From Microvirga sp. (GTDB taxonomy: Bacteria; Pseudomonadota; Alphaproteobacteria; Rhizobiales; Beijerinckiaceae), in NCBI GenBank assembly GCA_050789065.1, contig JBOZRS010000045.1:73875-137874 (forward strand): a DNA stretch of 64,000 nucleotides, in the 5' to 3' direction. Both the position numbers and the translations under genes were made by a program. Position 1 is the first letter of the stretch. Every line of letters starts with the position of its first letter. Below, one piece after another: positions 18,375 to 28,381 of the stretch. Below the pieces are notes generated by a model. That model was not told where the DNA came from, did not search any database, and saw only the letters and a list, made by a program, of their open reading frames with translations.

Positions 18375-18704
18375 TTAGTGAGCGAGGATCGGCTTGGCGC
18401 GGTAGGTGCCGTTCCGGTTGCGGACGAAGAGTTCCTCGATCATCGGGTTTCGCAGTGGTTCGTCCGAGTGGTCGGGAATAAGATTCTGTTCCGACACATA
18501 GGCAATATATTCGGATTCCGCGTTCTCGGCGAACAGGTGATAGAACGGCTGATCCTTGCGGGGCCGGACCTCTTCCGGGATGGACAGCCACCATTCCTCC
18601 GTGTTGTCGAACTCGGGATCGACATCGAAGATCAGGCCCCTGAAATCATAGTGGCGATGCCTCACCACCTGGCCGATCGCGAATTTTGCTGAACTCGCTT
18701 TCAT
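18375..18704 (-). CDS. hspQ: Heat shock protein HspQ (hemimethylated-DNA-binding, YccV-like)
   Basis: MKASSAKFAIGQVVRHRHYDFRGLIFDVDPEF... is the HspQ/YccV signature. Start at ATG 18704 with AAGGAG 9 nt upstream. Confidence 0.85.
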   Translation of the reverse strand: MKASSAKFAIGQVVRHRHYDFRGLIFDVDPEFDNTEEWWLSIPEEVRPRKDQPFYHLFAENAESEYIAYVSEQNLIPDHSDEPLRNPMIEELFVRNRNGTYRAKPILAH

Positions 18705-18715
18705 GGATCTTAACT

Positions 18716-18741
18716 CCTTGATCTTAATATAGAGATCAAGG
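18716..18741 (-). promoter_or_regulatory. Perfect 9-bp inverted repeat overlapping the hspQ Shine-Dalgarno sequence
   Basis: CCTTGATCT-N8-AGATCAAGG. On the hspQ mRNA strand the 3' arm ends in AAGG, the first four bases of the AAGGAG SD. Confidence 0.5.
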
Positions 18742-18948
18742 TGGCAAAGGACAAACGACGCTCTGGTCACATTGCGGAGAACGGACGGCAAGAGACCGGC
18801 GGACATAAATTTCCAGGCCTTCTGCCGCCGAGCATTGCATTTTTGGACTGCCAAGCCTTCTGAACCTGGGATTGCCGCAAGGTTGGAACCTTGCCAGAAG
18901 GGGCCCTCATTCGCTCTGTTCCTCTATCCGACTTCCCTGGAGCCCCCG

Positions 18949-19920
18949 ATGTCCGACCTGATCGGGCTTTTCAACCTGCTCGCCCCGTTCTTCGGACTGA
19001 TCGGTCTGGGCTTTTTCTGCGGCAGGGTGGTCAAGCAGCCGGAGGCCGGGCTGGCCTGGATGCAGTTCTTCCTCATCTATGTGGCGCTTCCCTGCCTGTT
19101 CTATCGTCTGATCGCCGACAAGCCGCTCGATCAGCTGGCGAACTGGCCGTTTATCGCCGGCACGACCCTCTCGACCTTCGGCGCCTTCCTGCTCTCGTTC
19201 GCGGCCGGCTGGCAGCATACCCGGAAACTGCCGCAATCAGTCATGCAGGGGGTCGCAGGATCCTATTCCAACATCGGCTATATGGGCCCGCCGCTCATTC
19301 TGGCCGCTATCGGCCAGGCGGCCAGCGCTCCGGTCGTCCTGATCTTCGTCTTCGACAATCTCCTGCTGTTCTCGCTGGTCCCCCTCCTGATGTCGTTCGC
19401 CGGCATGGACAAGCTCAGCCTTGGGGCAACGGTCCGGCGGATTGTCTGGAGAGTGGTCACGCATCCGTTCAATGTCGCGACGGTCATCGGAATTGCGGCG
19501 AGCTATCTGCATCTCGAATTGCCGCTGGCCGTGAACCAGATCGTTACTTGGTTGTCCGGAGCCGCCGCCCCATGTGCCCTGTTCATTCTGGGCGTAACGG
19601 TCGCCCTGCGGCCTCTCGGGCGCATTCCTGGCGAAGTGCCGGCTCTGGTCGCGATCAAGCTGGTCGTGCACCCGCTGCTCGTCTGGATCCTGCTCTCGGC
19701 GTTCGGCGATTTCGGTCAGACCTGGACCTATGCGGCTGTCATCATGGCGGCGCTCCCGCCAGCACTGAACATTTTCGTTATCTCGACCCAGTACAACGTG
19801 GGTGTCGAGCGGGCTTCCGCCTGCGTGCTGATTGGAACGCTCGCCTCGATGATCACCCTGACGGCGGTTCTCTATTTCACCACCAAGACGGGCGCTCTGC
19901 CTTACGATCTCTTCCCCTGA
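18949..19920 (+). CDS. AEC (auxin efflux carrier) family transporter
   Basis: About 323 aa, about 10 TM segments, N-terminus MSDLIGLFNLLAPFFGLIGLGFFCGR typical of the family. Start moved to ATG 18949. Confidence 0.8.
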   Translation: MSDLIGLFNLLAPFFGLIGLGFFCGRVVKQPEAGLAWMQFFLIYVALPCLFYRLIADKPLDQLANWPFIAGTTLSTFGAFLLSFAAGWQHTRKLPQSVMQGVAGSYSNIGYMGPPLILAAIGQAASAPVVLIFVFDNLLLFSLVPLLMSFAGMDKLSLGATVRRIVWRVVTHPFNVATVIGIAASYLHLELPLAVNQIVTWLSGAAAPCALFILGVTVALRPLGRIPGEVPALVAIKLVVHPLLVWILLSAFGDFGQTWTYAAVIMAALPPALNIFVISTQYNVGVERASACVLIGTLASMITLTAVLYFTTKTGALPYDLFP

Positions 19921-19925
19921 TCGAA

Positions 19926-21125
19926 TCAGGAGCCCTGCATCAGGCGCGGGGCGCCCACGTGGGGAAGCACGCCTTCCCGCATGACGATGCGGCGCAGCGG
20001 GCCGATGTTGCTGAGCGCCAGGAGACCCGCTCCCCTCAGGAAATCCGAGGGTATCAGTCCCGACAGCAGCGTCCGGTTGAGGCTGTCCACCGCCGTCGTG
20101 CGCAGCCGAACGTCCAGATCACGGCTGCGCTGGTACTGCCTCAGGGTCTCGTCCGCCCCCGGTTCACGACCGTTGTCGCCGGAATCGACCACGGCATCCC
20201 TGAGAGAGGCAACATCCCGGAAGCCGAGATTCAGGCCCTGCGCCCCGATCGGCGGGAAGACGTGCGCAGCCTCTCCGACGAGGGCGAGGCGCGGTGCGGA
20301 ATAGCGGTCGACGGACAGGCCGCTCATGGGCACGAGCCCGCGGGGGCCATCGATGCGCATGGCTCCGAGATGCGAGTGGGCCTGCCGCTCTATGGCTCGG
20401 GCCAGCGCCGCGTCATCGAGGGCCGCCAGCCGTTGCGCCTCCTCGGCATGCGTGACCCATACCAGGCTCGAACGCCTCCCGGGGAGCGGTACCAGGGTGA
20501 AGGGACCGTGGCGGGTATGGAACTCAGTCGACGTCTCCCGGTGATCCCGGTCGTGGGCCAGGATCGCCGTGACAGCCGATTGAGGGTAGGACCAGGTCCG
20601 AATGCCGATTCCCGCAATTTGCCGGAATTTCGAGTTCCGCCCGTCAGCCGCAACCACGAGGCTGGCCCGGATCTCCGTGCTATCGGCGAGCGTGATGATG
20701 GCAGCCGTTTCGTCCGCCTTGAAGCCGGTCGCCTGCTGGGGCAGGACCGTCAGGTTCTCGTATTCCCGAGCCGCCTCGGCCAGTTTCTCGACGAGGGTCA
20801 CGTTCTCGATGTTCCAGCCGAAGGCATCGAGTCCGATCTCCCGTGACGTAAAGGAAGCGGGCGGAGGCCGGAAGAGGCTGCCCGTATCGTCGATGATGCG
20901 CATCGTCTCGAGCGGCGCGGCCTCGGCTACGAGCCGTGGCCAGACGCCGAGCGCCTCCAGAAAACGGACGGAGCCATTGAGAAGAGCGACGGTCCGCCCG
21001 TCCCGACGGGTGTCGAGGTGCCCGATCAGCGCCGTCCTGTACCCGTCGCGCGCGAAAGCCAGGGCTGCGCTCAGACCCACGGCCCCTGCGCCGACCACGG
21101 CAATGTCATAGGTCCCTTCGCTCAC
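19926..21125 (-). CDS. UbiH/UbiF/VisC/COQ6-family FAD-dependent monooxygenase
   Basis: Rossmann motif YDIAVVGAGAVGLSAALAFA and family-typical length of about 400 aa. Start inferred at GTG 21125, preceded by GAGGAA; the longest ORF reaches 21197. Confidence 0.85.
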   Translation of the reverse strand: MSEGTYDIAVVGAGAVGLSAALAFARDGYRTALIGHLDTRRDGRTVALLNGSVRFLEALGVWPRLVAEAAPLETMRIIDDTGSLFRPPPASFTSREIGLDAFGWNIENVTLVEKLAEAAREYENLTVLPQQATGFKADETAAIITLADSTEIRASLVVAADGRNSKFRQIAGIGIRTWSYPQSAVTAILAHDRDHRETSTEFHTRHGPFTLVPLPGRRSSLVWVTHAEEAQRLAALDDAALARAIERQAHSHLGAMRIDGPRGLVPMSGLSVDRYSAPRLALVGEAAHVFPPIGAQGLNLGFRDVASLRDAVVDSGDNGREPGADETLRQYQRSRDLDVRLRTTAVDSLNRTLLSGLIPSDFLRGAGLLALSNIGPLRRIVMREGVLPHVGAPRLMQGS

Positions 21126-21327
21126 GGCTTCCTCTTCACTGGGCTGTGGACGGTTTGCGGACTCACAATAAACCATGCATTCACCATTGCCGACCAATGA
21201 GGCGCTTCCCTATGATCCTTCCACAAGGGAAGAACGATCCGGGCGGCGCTTGCACAGATTGGCGCGGGCTGTCATCCATGGGGCGCACTCATACCCGTCT
21301 TCAACCTTTAAGTCAGAGTCGCATTGC

Positions 21328-22875
21328 GTGAAGGCAGACGTTTCATCATCGGGGCCGCCCCTCGTCGAACTTAAAGGGATCAGCAAGCGCTACGGCGACC
21401 TTCTTGCCAACGATGCCATCGATCTGGCGATAGAGCCGGGGGAGATCCTTGCGCTCCTGGGCGAGAACGGCGCCGGGAAGTCGACGCTGGTCAAGATCCT
21501 CTACGGGGTCATCGAGCCGACCGCCGGGGAGATCCTCTGGGAGGGCGGCCCCGTATCGATCTCCTCGCCGGTCGAGGCGCGGGCGCTCGGCATCGGCATG
21601 GTCTTCCAGCATTTCTCGCTCTTCGACGAGCTGACCGTCGCCGAGAACATCGCTGTCGCGCTCTCCGATGAATGGACCCTGTCCATGGTTCGGAACCGCC
21701 TGGGGGACATCAGCCGGACCTATGGCCTCGGGCTCGACGCCGACAGAGCCGTCTGGACCCTGTCCGCAGGCGAGCGGCAGCGCATCGAGATCGTGCGGTG
21801 CCTTCTCCAGAACCCCCGGCTGCTCATTCTCGATGAGCCGACCTCGGTCCTGACGCCTCAAGAGGCCGAGCATCTCTTCGTCACCCTGGACAAGCTGGCG
21901 GCGGGAGGGTGCTCGATCCTCTACATCTCTCACAAGCTGGAGGAGGTTCGCCGCCTCTGCCGCCGCGCAACGATCCTGAGGGCAGGGCGGGTCGTGGCGA
22001 CGATCGATCCGCGCGAGCGCAGCGCACGGGAAATCGCGGCGTTGATGGTCGGCAACGAGGTCGGGGAAATCCGGTCCGATGCTCCCCATCAGCCGCAGGG
22101 AGAGGTTCTGAAGGTCGCGCATCTGTCCATGGCACCGGCAGGCCTGCACGGCCAGGCCCTTGAGGACATCGAGCTCGTGGCGCGGGCCGGCGAGATCGTC
22201 GGGATCGCGGGCGTAGCCGGCAACGGGCAGAGCGAACTCTTCGCCGCCTTGTCGGGAGAGCGCATCGCCGAGACGGCGGAGGCCATCACCATCGCCGGCC
22301 GAGCCTGCGGGACCATGGGCATCGATGCCCGCCGCCGGCTCGGGGCTGCGTTCGTTCCGGAGGAGCGTCTCGGGCATGCGGCGGCGCCGGGCCATCGCCT
22401 GAGCGAGAACACCCTGATCTCCCATGCGGCGGCCGAAGTGAGCCGGTCGGGCTTCATCGTGCTGAGCGCCGCCAAGCAGCTCGCCCGCTCGATCATCAAG
22501 AGCTTCGATGTCCGCACGCCGGAGAACGATCCTCAGGCCCGCAAGCTCTCCGGCGGCAATCTCCAGAAATTCGTGATCGGCCGCGAGATCATCCGGCGTC
22601 CCAAGCTTCTCATCGTCGACCAGCCGACCTGGGGCGTCGATGCGGGGGCGGCGCGTCTCATCCGGCAGGCGCTGGTCGATCTTGCCCGTGCGGGAAGCGC
22701 CGTCGTAGTCGTCAGTCAGGACTTGGATGAGTTGTTCGAGGTTGCGGACCGGATGGCCGTCATTCATCAGGGACGCATGAGCCCGCTGAAGCCTATCGGC
22801 GAGTGGACGAGAGAGGCCGTAGGCCTCGAAATGCTGGGCGTTGCGCATGCTCAAGGGGATGTTCATGCGATTTGA
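21328..22875 (+). CDS. ABC transporter ATP-binding protein with two NBDs (BMP/nucleoside-type importer)
   Basis: NBD1: GENGAGKST and LSAGERQR. NBD2: GVAGNGQSELF and LSGGNLQK. Start uncertain: GTG 21328 chosen because the longest ORF would overlap the divergent ubiH-like gene. Confidence 0.88.
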   Translation: MKADVSSSGPPLVELKGISKRYGDLLANDAIDLAIEPGEILALLGENGAGKSTLVKILYGVIEPTAGEILWEGGPVSISSPVEARALGIGMVFQHFSLFDELTVAENIAVALSDEWTLSMVRNRLGDISRTYGLGLDADRAVWTLSAGERQRIEIVRCLLQNPRLLILDEPTSVLTPQEAEHLFVTLDKLAAGGCSILYISHKLEEVRRLCRRATILRAGRVVATIDPRERSAREIAALMVGNEVGEIRSDAPHQPQGEVLKVAHLSMAPAGLHGQALEDIELVARAGEIVGIAGVAGNGQSELFAALSGERIAETAEAITIAGRACGTMGIDARRRLGAAFVPEERLGHAAAPGHRLSENTLISHAAAEVSRSGFIVLSAAKQLARSIIKSFDVRTPENDPQARKLSGGNLQKFVIGREIIRRPKLLIVDQPTWGVDAGAARLIRQALVDLARAGSAVVVVSQDLDELFEVADRMAVIHQGRMSPLKPIGEWTREAVGLEMLGVAHAQGDVHAI

Positions 22876-23941
22876 GTTGATGCCCCGCGCCACCGTATCG
22901 CCGGTCATGAGAGCTCTTGCACCGGTGGCAGCCTTCATCACGGCCTTCCTGATCGCAGGCGTCGTCATCTGGCTCATGGGGCGCTCCCCCATCGCGGCCT
23001 TCGACGTCTATGTCCTGCAGCCCTTGAGCGATCCCTGGGCGCTGCAGGAGCTCCTGGTGAAGGCGACGCCCCTGGCGCTCATCGCCGTCGGCCTATCCTA
23101 CTGCTTCCGGGCCAACCTTTGGAACATCGGGGCCGAAGGCCAATATGTGATGGGGGCCATCCTCGGCAGCTGGCTTGCGCTCAAGACCCACGGCACGGAT
23201 GCGGGCTTCTGGGTCCTTCCGGTTATGCTCCTGCTCGGGATCATCGGCGGGGCTCTTTACGGCCTGATCCCGGCCTTTCTGAAAATCCGCTTCGGTGTCA
23301 ACGAGATCCTGACCAGCCTGATGCTGGTCTATGTGGCGCAGCTCACCCTCGATTATCTCGTGCGGGGACCCTGGCGCGATCCCAAAGGCTTCAACTTTCC
23401 GCAATCCGTGACCTTCGATCCGGCCGCGACCCTTCCTCCCATCATGGAAGCAAGCCGTGTGCATTACGGAACGGTATTCGCTCTGATTGCCGTCCTGGTG
23501 ACCGCTGTCATCCTAGGTCGAACCCTTTTTGGCTATCGACTGAAGCTCACGGGCGATGCACCGCGCGCCGCGCGTTTCGCCGGTTTCAGCTCGAAGGCGA
23601 CCACGATGGCAGTCTTCGCCATTTCGGGCGGTTTGGCAGGATTGGCGGGCATTTCCGAGGTTTCGGGACAGATCGGACAGCTCCAGCCTTCGATCTCGCC
23701 CGGCTATGGCTTTACTGCGATCACCGTCGCGTTTCTCGGGCGCCTCAACCCGATCGGAATCCTTGTGGCGGCGCTCGTCGTCGCCCTCACATTCATCGGA
23801 GGCGAGAGCGCGCAGATCCTGCTGAAGCTGCCCCTCGATCTGACCCAGGCTTTCCAGGGCATTCTGCTCCTGTGCGTTCTCGCGGCCGACGCCCTGGTGA
23901 GCTACCGCGTACGTTTCGTGACCCGGGGAGGGGGCAAGTGA
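22865..23941 (+). CDS. ABC transporter permease (BMP/nucleoside-type)
   Basis: Polytopic membrane protein. Start at ATG 22865 with AAGGGGA 6 nt upstream, overlapping the ATPase stop. Confidence 0.85.
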   Translation: MRFELMPRATVSPVMRALAPVAAFITAFLIAGVVIWLMGRSPIAAFDVYVLQPLSDPWALQELLVKATPLALIAVGLSYCFRANLWNIGAEGQYVMGAILGSWLALKTHGTDAGFWVLPVMLLLGIIGGALYGLIPAFLKIRFGVNEILTSLMLVYVAQLTLDYLVRGPWRDPKGFNFPQSVTFDPAATLPPIMEASRVHYGTVFALIAVLVTAVILGRTLFGYRLKLTGDAPRAARFAGFSSKATTMAVFAISGGLAGLAGISEVSGQIGQLQPSISPGYGFTAITVAFLGRLNPIGILVAALVVALTFIGGESAQILLKLPLDLTQAFQGILLLCVLAADALVSYRVRFVTRGGGK

Positions 23942-24855
23942 GCACCTTCGAAGCCATCCTTCTGACGATCGTAACCGCCTCGACGCCGCTGCTGATCGCG
24001 GCGCTGGGCGAGCTTGTGACGGAGCGCTCGGGCGTTTTGAACCTCGGCGTCGAAGGCATGATGGCCATGGGCGCGGCCTGCAGCTTCGCCGCCGCCGTCA
24101 CCTTCGATTCCACTCTCATCGGAGTGGCCGCGGGCATCCTTGCGGGCGCCCTGATGTCCGCCCTGTTCGCTCTCGTAGTCCTGGGCTTCGCCGCCAATCA
24201 GGTGGGATCTGGCCTAGCCCTCACGATTTTCGGCTTGGGGCTGTCGGGTCTCATCGGAGCGCCTTTCGTGGGAGCGAGGCGTGATCCCATCGCTCCCATC
24301 CACATTCCGGGTCTCAGCGACCTGCCGGTAGTGGGCCGCCTCTTTTTTGAGCAGGATCTCTTCGTCTACGGATCCTTCGCCCTGACGATCCTCGTCGCCC
24401 TCTATCTCGTCCGCACGCGTTCAGGCCTGACCCTACGCTCAGTTGGTGAAAACCATGCCTCCGCGCATGCCCTCGGCCTGCCGGTCTGGCGCATTCGCTT
24501 CTGGGCGATTCTGTTCGGAGGGGCCTGCTCGGGCTTGGCAGGGGCTTATCTCGCCCTCGTCTACACCCGGTTCTGGTCGCCCGGAATGACGGCAGGGCGC
24601 GGCTGGATCGCGCTCGCGCTGGTCGTATTCGCGGCTTGGCGGCCAGGCTGGGTTCTGGTGGGAGCCTATATCTTCGGGGCGGCGACGGTGCTGCAGCTTC
24701 ATGCCCAGGCCGCCCAGTTCGGCGTCCCGTCCCAGCTGCTTTCCGCCGTTCCGTACTTGGCGACCATCGTGGCTCTGCTGCTCCTGTCCCTGCGTCATGG
24801 ACGGGCCATCGGGGCACCTGGATCGCTGGGCATGCCTTTCGTGCCTGACCGATAA
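23938..24855 (+). CDS. ABC transporter permease (BMP/nucleoside-type), second subunit
   Basis: GTG 23938 overlaps the stop of the preceding permease (GTGA). VSTFEAILLTIVTASTPLLIAALGELVTERSGVLNLGVEGMM is a typical start. The 5' part of ORF 23119..24855 is out-of-frame read-through of the upstream gene. Confidence 0.85.
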   Translation: MSTFEAILLTIVTASTPLLIAALGELVTERSGVLNLGVEGMMAMGAACSFAAAVTFDSTLIGVAAGILAGALMSALFALVVLGFAANQVGSGLALTIFGLGLSGLIGAPFVGARRDPIAPIHIPGLSDLPVVGRLFFEQDLFVYGSFALTILVALYLVRTRSGLTLRSVGENHASAHALGLPVWRIRFWAILFGGACSGLAGAYLALVYTRFWSPGMTAGRGWIALALVVFAAWRPGWVLVGAYIFGAATVLQLHAQAAQFGVPSQLLSAVPYLATIVALLLLSLRHGRAIGAPGSLGMPFVPDR

Positions 24856-24946
24856 GCAACCGGGTGTTATTCTAGGCACAGGAATTCTTGCCAGAATGCT
24901 TGAGACCTGTAAGGGATAGCTGAAATCCACACTCGAGGGAGCGACC

Positions 24947-26023
24947 ATGTTTTCACGGAATATCATCGGAGCTTTGGCCGGGGCTGCAGCCCTAGCTCTG
25001 TCGTCCGCCAGTGCCGACGCGCAGGAGAAGCTGAAGGTCGGATTCGTCTATGTCGGACCCGTTGGCGATTTCGGCTACAGCTATCAGCACGACCAGGGCC
25101 GCAAGGAGATGGAGAAGGCTCTCGGCGACAAGGTCGAGACCACGTTCATCGAGAATGTTCCGGAAGCGGATTCGGAGCGCGCCATCGAGCAGCTGGCTCG
25201 CACGGGCCATAAGCTGATCTTCACGACCTCGTTCGGCTTCATGGAGCCGACGCTCAAGGTGGCCAAGAAGTACCCGAACATCAAGTTCGAGCACGCCACA
25301 GGCTTCAAGCGGGCCCCCAACCTCGCGACCTATGCGGCGAAGTTCCACGAGGGCCGCTACATCACCGGTCAGATCGCCGCCAAGATGACGAAGTCCGGCA
25401 TCATCGGATATGTCGGTGCCTTCCCGATCCCGGAGGTCGTCGCGGGCATCAACTCGTACTTCCTCGGCGCGCAGTCGATCAATCCGAACATCAAGCTCAA
25501 GGTGGTGTGGGTGAACTCCTGGTTCGACCCGGCCAAGGAAGGCGATGCGGCGAAGGCCCTTCTGGACCAGGGCGTCGACGTTCTGGCGCAGCACACGGAC
25601 AGCCCGGCGCCGATCCAGGCGGCCGAGGCGCGGGGCCGCTACGGCTTCGGTCAGGCCTCCGACATGGAGCGCTTCGCCCCGAAGGCTCAGCTGACCGCCA
25701 TCATCGATCACTGGGGCGACTACTACATCCAGCGCACCAAGGCTGTCCTCGACGGCACCTGGAAGTCGGAAGACACCTGGGGCGGTCTGGCCGCCAAGAT
25801 GGTGGTCATGGCGCCCTACAAGAACATGCCGGACGACGTGAAGAAGATGGCCGAGGAGACCGAGGCCGGGATCAAGTCCGGTAAGGTCAACCCCTTCAAG
25901 TGCCCCATCGTGAAGCAGGATGGAAGCCAAGTGGAGTGCAAGGGCAACGGCGTCCTGTCCGACGAGCAGATCCTGGGCATGAACTTCTTCGTCAAGGGCA
26001 TCGACGACAAGCTGCCGCAATAA
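24947..26023 (+). CDS. BMP-family ABC transporter substrate-binding protein
   Basis: Signal peptide, then KVGFVYVGPVGDFGYSYQHDQG, typical of Med/PnrA/BMP lipoprotein-family binding proteins. Confidence 0.88.
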   Translation: MFSRNIIGALAGAAALALSSASADAQEKLKVGFVYVGPVGDFGYSYQHDQGRKEMEKALGDKVETTFIENVPEADSERAIEQLARTGHKLIFTTSFGFMEPTLKVAKKYPNIKFEHATGFKRAPNLATYAAKFHEGRYITGQIAAKMTKSGIIGYVGAFPIPEVVAGINSYFLGAQSINPNIKLKVVWVNSWFDPAKEGDAAKALLDQGVDVLAQHTDSPAPIQAAEARGRYGFGQASDMERFAPKAQLTAIIDHWGDYYIQRTKAVLDGTWKSEDTWGGLAAKMVVMAPYKNMPDDVKKMAEETEAGIKSGKVNPFKCPIVKQDGSQVECKGNGVLSDEQILGMNFFVKGIDDKLPQ

Positions 26024-26044
26024 GCGAGAGCCTGTGAGAATAAG

Positions 26045-26072
26045 GGCAGCCGAGCGATCGGCTGCCTTTTTT
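26045..26072 (+). terminator. Rho-independent terminator of the BMP ABC operon
   Basis: 9-bp stem GGCAGCCGA / TCGGCTGCC, loop GCGA, followed by TTTTTTGTTGGTT. Confidence 0.85.
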
Positions 26073-26121
26073 GTTGGTTGCGCTATTCTGGGGCCATCCA
26101 CATGGGCCGGGAGGGAATTCA

Positions 26122-26772
26122 ATGGCCGAAACGATGAAGCTGAAACCGGACGACAGGGACGTCCTCATCGTCGTGGACGTCCAGTACGATTTCCTTCCGG
26201 GTGGAGCACTCGCAGTCCCGGACGGCGATGCGGTCATCGAGCCGATCAATCGCCTTGCCAGGATCTTTCGGCATGTGGTGCTGACGCAGGACTGGCACAC
26301 GCCCGGACATGCCTCTTTCGCATCGACTCATTCGGGCAAGCGGCCATTCGAGATGACCGAACTGCTCTACGGCACCCAGGTGCTCTGGCCGGATCACTGC
26401 ATACAGGGCACCCCCGGCGCTGAGATTTCCCGAGACCTCCGTATTCCGCATGCCCAGCTCGTGATCCGGAAGGGCTACAATCCGGGGATCGACAGCTATT
26501 CAGGATTTATGGAGGCGGACCGGCAGACCTCCACGGGGCTCGCAGGCTACCTGAAGGAGCGCGGCTTCCGGCGCGCGTTCTGTGTGGGTCTCGCAACGGA
26601 TTTCTGCGTTGCCTGGACGGCGCTCGACGCGCAGGCGGCCGGGTTCGAGACCTACCTGATCGAGGATGCCTCGAGAGCGATCGACACCGATGGATCGCTC
26701 GCGCGGGCTCTGAAAGACCTGAGTGCTGCCGGTGTCCGGATTATCAGCAGCGCCCAGATCGAAGGCATGTGA
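26122..26772 (+). CDS. pncA: Nicotinamidase/pyrazinamidase
   Basis: Isochorismatase-fold start DVLIVVDVQYDFLPGGALAV and catalytic Cys context GLATDFCV. Start at ATG 26122, since the longer ORF start lies inside the upstream terminator. Confidence 0.88.
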   Translation: MAETMKLKPDDRDVLIVVDVQYDFLPGGALAVPDGDAVIEPINRLARIFRHVVLTQDWHTPGHASFASTHSGKRPFEMTELLYGTQVLWPDHCIQGTPGAEISRDLRIPHAQLVIRKGYNPGIDSYSGFMEADRQTSTGLAGYLKERGFRRAFCVGLATDFCVAWTALDAQAAGFETYLIEDASRAIDTDGSLARALKDLSAAGVRIISSAQIEGM

Positions 26773-26784
26773 GGGCAGTGATTC

Positions 26785-28101
26785 TCAAGCGACCGTGCCA
26801 TGAAGGTCGTACTCGTCCGAGCTCTCGATCTTCACGTTCACGATCTCGCCCAGCTTGAGCGCCTGCCGCGAGGCTATGTAGACCACGCCATCGATATCCG
26901 GTGCATCGTACTTCGTGCGACCGGTCGCGACGGTCGGTCCGGCCTCGTCGACGATCACGGGCAGCGTCTTGCCGACCTTGGCCTTGAGCAGCTTGGTGCT
27001 GACCTTCTGCTGGGTCTGCATGAACCGGTGCCAGCGCTCTTCCTTGACCTCTGGGGGGACCTGCTCGGCAATCTCATTGGCGGGCGCGCCCTGCACAGGC
27101 TCATACTGGAAGCATCCGACCCGCTCGAGCTTGGCCTCTTTCAGCCATTGGAGCAGGAAGTCCACATCCTCCTCCGTCTCACCCGGGAAGCCGACGATGA
27201 AGGTCGAGCGGATCGCCAGGTCCGGGCAGATTTCGCGCCATTTCCGGATACGCTCCAGGGTCTTTTCCTGGTTGCCCGGACGGCGCATGGCTTTCAGGAC
27301 GCTTGGCGAGGCATGCTGGAAGGGAATGTCCAGATAAGGCAGAATCTTGCCCTCCGCCATGAGCGGGATCACCTCGTCCACGTGCGGGTAGGGATAGACA
27401 TAGTGCATGCGGACCCACATTCCGAGTTCGCCCAGTTCGCGGGCAAGCTCGAAGAAGCGGGTGCGGACCTCCCGATCCTTCCAGAGGCTCGGCTGGTACT
27501 TGATGTCCAGGCCGTAGGCGCTGGTGTCCTGGGAAATGACGAGGAGTTCCTTGACGCCGGCTTTCGCCAGCTTCTCGGCCTCTCGCAGCACATCGCCGAT
27601 CGGGCGGCTGACGAGGTCTCCGCGCAGCTTCGGAATGATGCAGAAGGTGCAGCGATTGTTGCAGCCTTCGGAGATCTTCAGGTAGGCATAATGGCGGGGT
27701 GTCAGTTTCACGCCCTGGGGCGGCACGAGGTCGATGAAGGGGTCGTGGGCGGGCGGAACCGCCTGATGCACCGCCGAGACGACCGACTCGTAGGCTTGCG
27801 GACCAGTGATGGCCAGCACGTTGGGGAACTGGTCGCGGATCTGCTCGGGCTCGGCACCCATGCAGCCAGTTACGATCACCTTGCCGTTTTCAGCCATGGC
27901 CTCGCCGATGGCTTCGAGGGATTCGGCCTTGGCGCTATCGAGGAAGCCGCAGGTATTGACGATGACCACGTCGGCCCCGTCGTGCTGTTTCGTGAGCTCA
28001 TAACCTTGAGCGCGCAGCTGGGTGATGATGCGCTCGGAATCGACCAGGGCCTTCGGGCAGCCCAGGGACACGAACGAGACTTTGGGCGCGGGAGCATTCA
28101 T
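26785..28101 (-). CDS. rimO: Ribosomal protein S12 methylthiotransferase
   Basis: UPF0004 N-domain [16 protein letters not shown], radical-SAM [13 protein letters not shown]-terminus. Start at ATG 28101 (MNAPAPK). Confidence 0.93.
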   Translation of the reverse strand: MNAPAPKVSFVSLGCPKALVDSERIITQLRAQGYELTKQHDGADVVIVNTCGFLDSAKAESLEAIGEAMAENGKVIVTGCMGAEPEQIRDQFPNVLAITGPQAYESVVSAVHQAVPPAHDPFIDLVPPQGVKLTPRHYAYLKISEGCNNRCTFCIIPKLRGDLVSRPIGDVLREAEKLAKAGVKELLVISQDTSAYGLDIKYQPSLWKDREVRTRFFELARELGELGMWVRMHYVYPYPHVDEVIPLMAEGKILPYLDIPFQHASPSVLKAMRRPGNQEKTLERIRKWREICPDLAIRSTFIVGFPGETEEDVDFLLQWLKEAKLERVGCFQYEPVQGAPANEIAEQVPPEVKEERWHRFMQTQQKVSTKLLKAKVGKTLPVIVDEAGPTVATGRTKYDAPDIDGVVYIASRQALKLGEIVNVKIESSDEYDLHGTVA

Positions 28102-28381
28102 CCGCCTAATCCAATCTTCAAACTGCACTGACATCCAGGGGCCCGCCTGAGGCCGCTCCGGCGCGGAACCATGACGGAGAGGCCGAAAAGCGAGACCAAC
28201 TCGCGATAAACGCCTCCTGCGTCGCTCCGCACCTCCAGCATGCGCTCCCAAAAGGACCGCGCGGCTGAGGCGTGGGGAGCGTTTACAGCACCCCAAAGGC
28301 CTTTACAACAGCACGCTTTATCGCAGCCTGCCCCACATGACGGGCTGGCTTGGGCGTTGAGCCGAGTGCGTCGCTGCCAAG

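Noticed and set aside
18891-20846. 651-aa + strand ORF spanning the AEC transporter gene (out of frame) and the antisense of the UbiH-family gene.
   Set aside because: It crosses two independently well-supported genes, and its translation is Arg/Pro/Gly-rich with no motif. High-GC artefact.
23119-23937. The 5' 270 codons of ORF 23119..24855, which would make a 578-aa permease.
   Set aside because: This part is an alternative frame of the upstream permease gene. The real second permease starts at GTG 23938, overlapping the upstream stop, with a typical permease N-terminus.
26071-26121. The longer pncA start at 26071.
   Set aside because: It lies within the T-tract of the strong terminator of the upstream operon (26045-26072). 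ATG 26122 gives the canonical isochorismatase-fold N-terminus.
28102-28381. Island borders (also 41591-41661), searched for integrase or transposase genes, tRNA attachment sites and flanking direct repeats.
   Set aside because: None was found by eye. The island is inferred only from composition and content, so I do not call it a mobile element.
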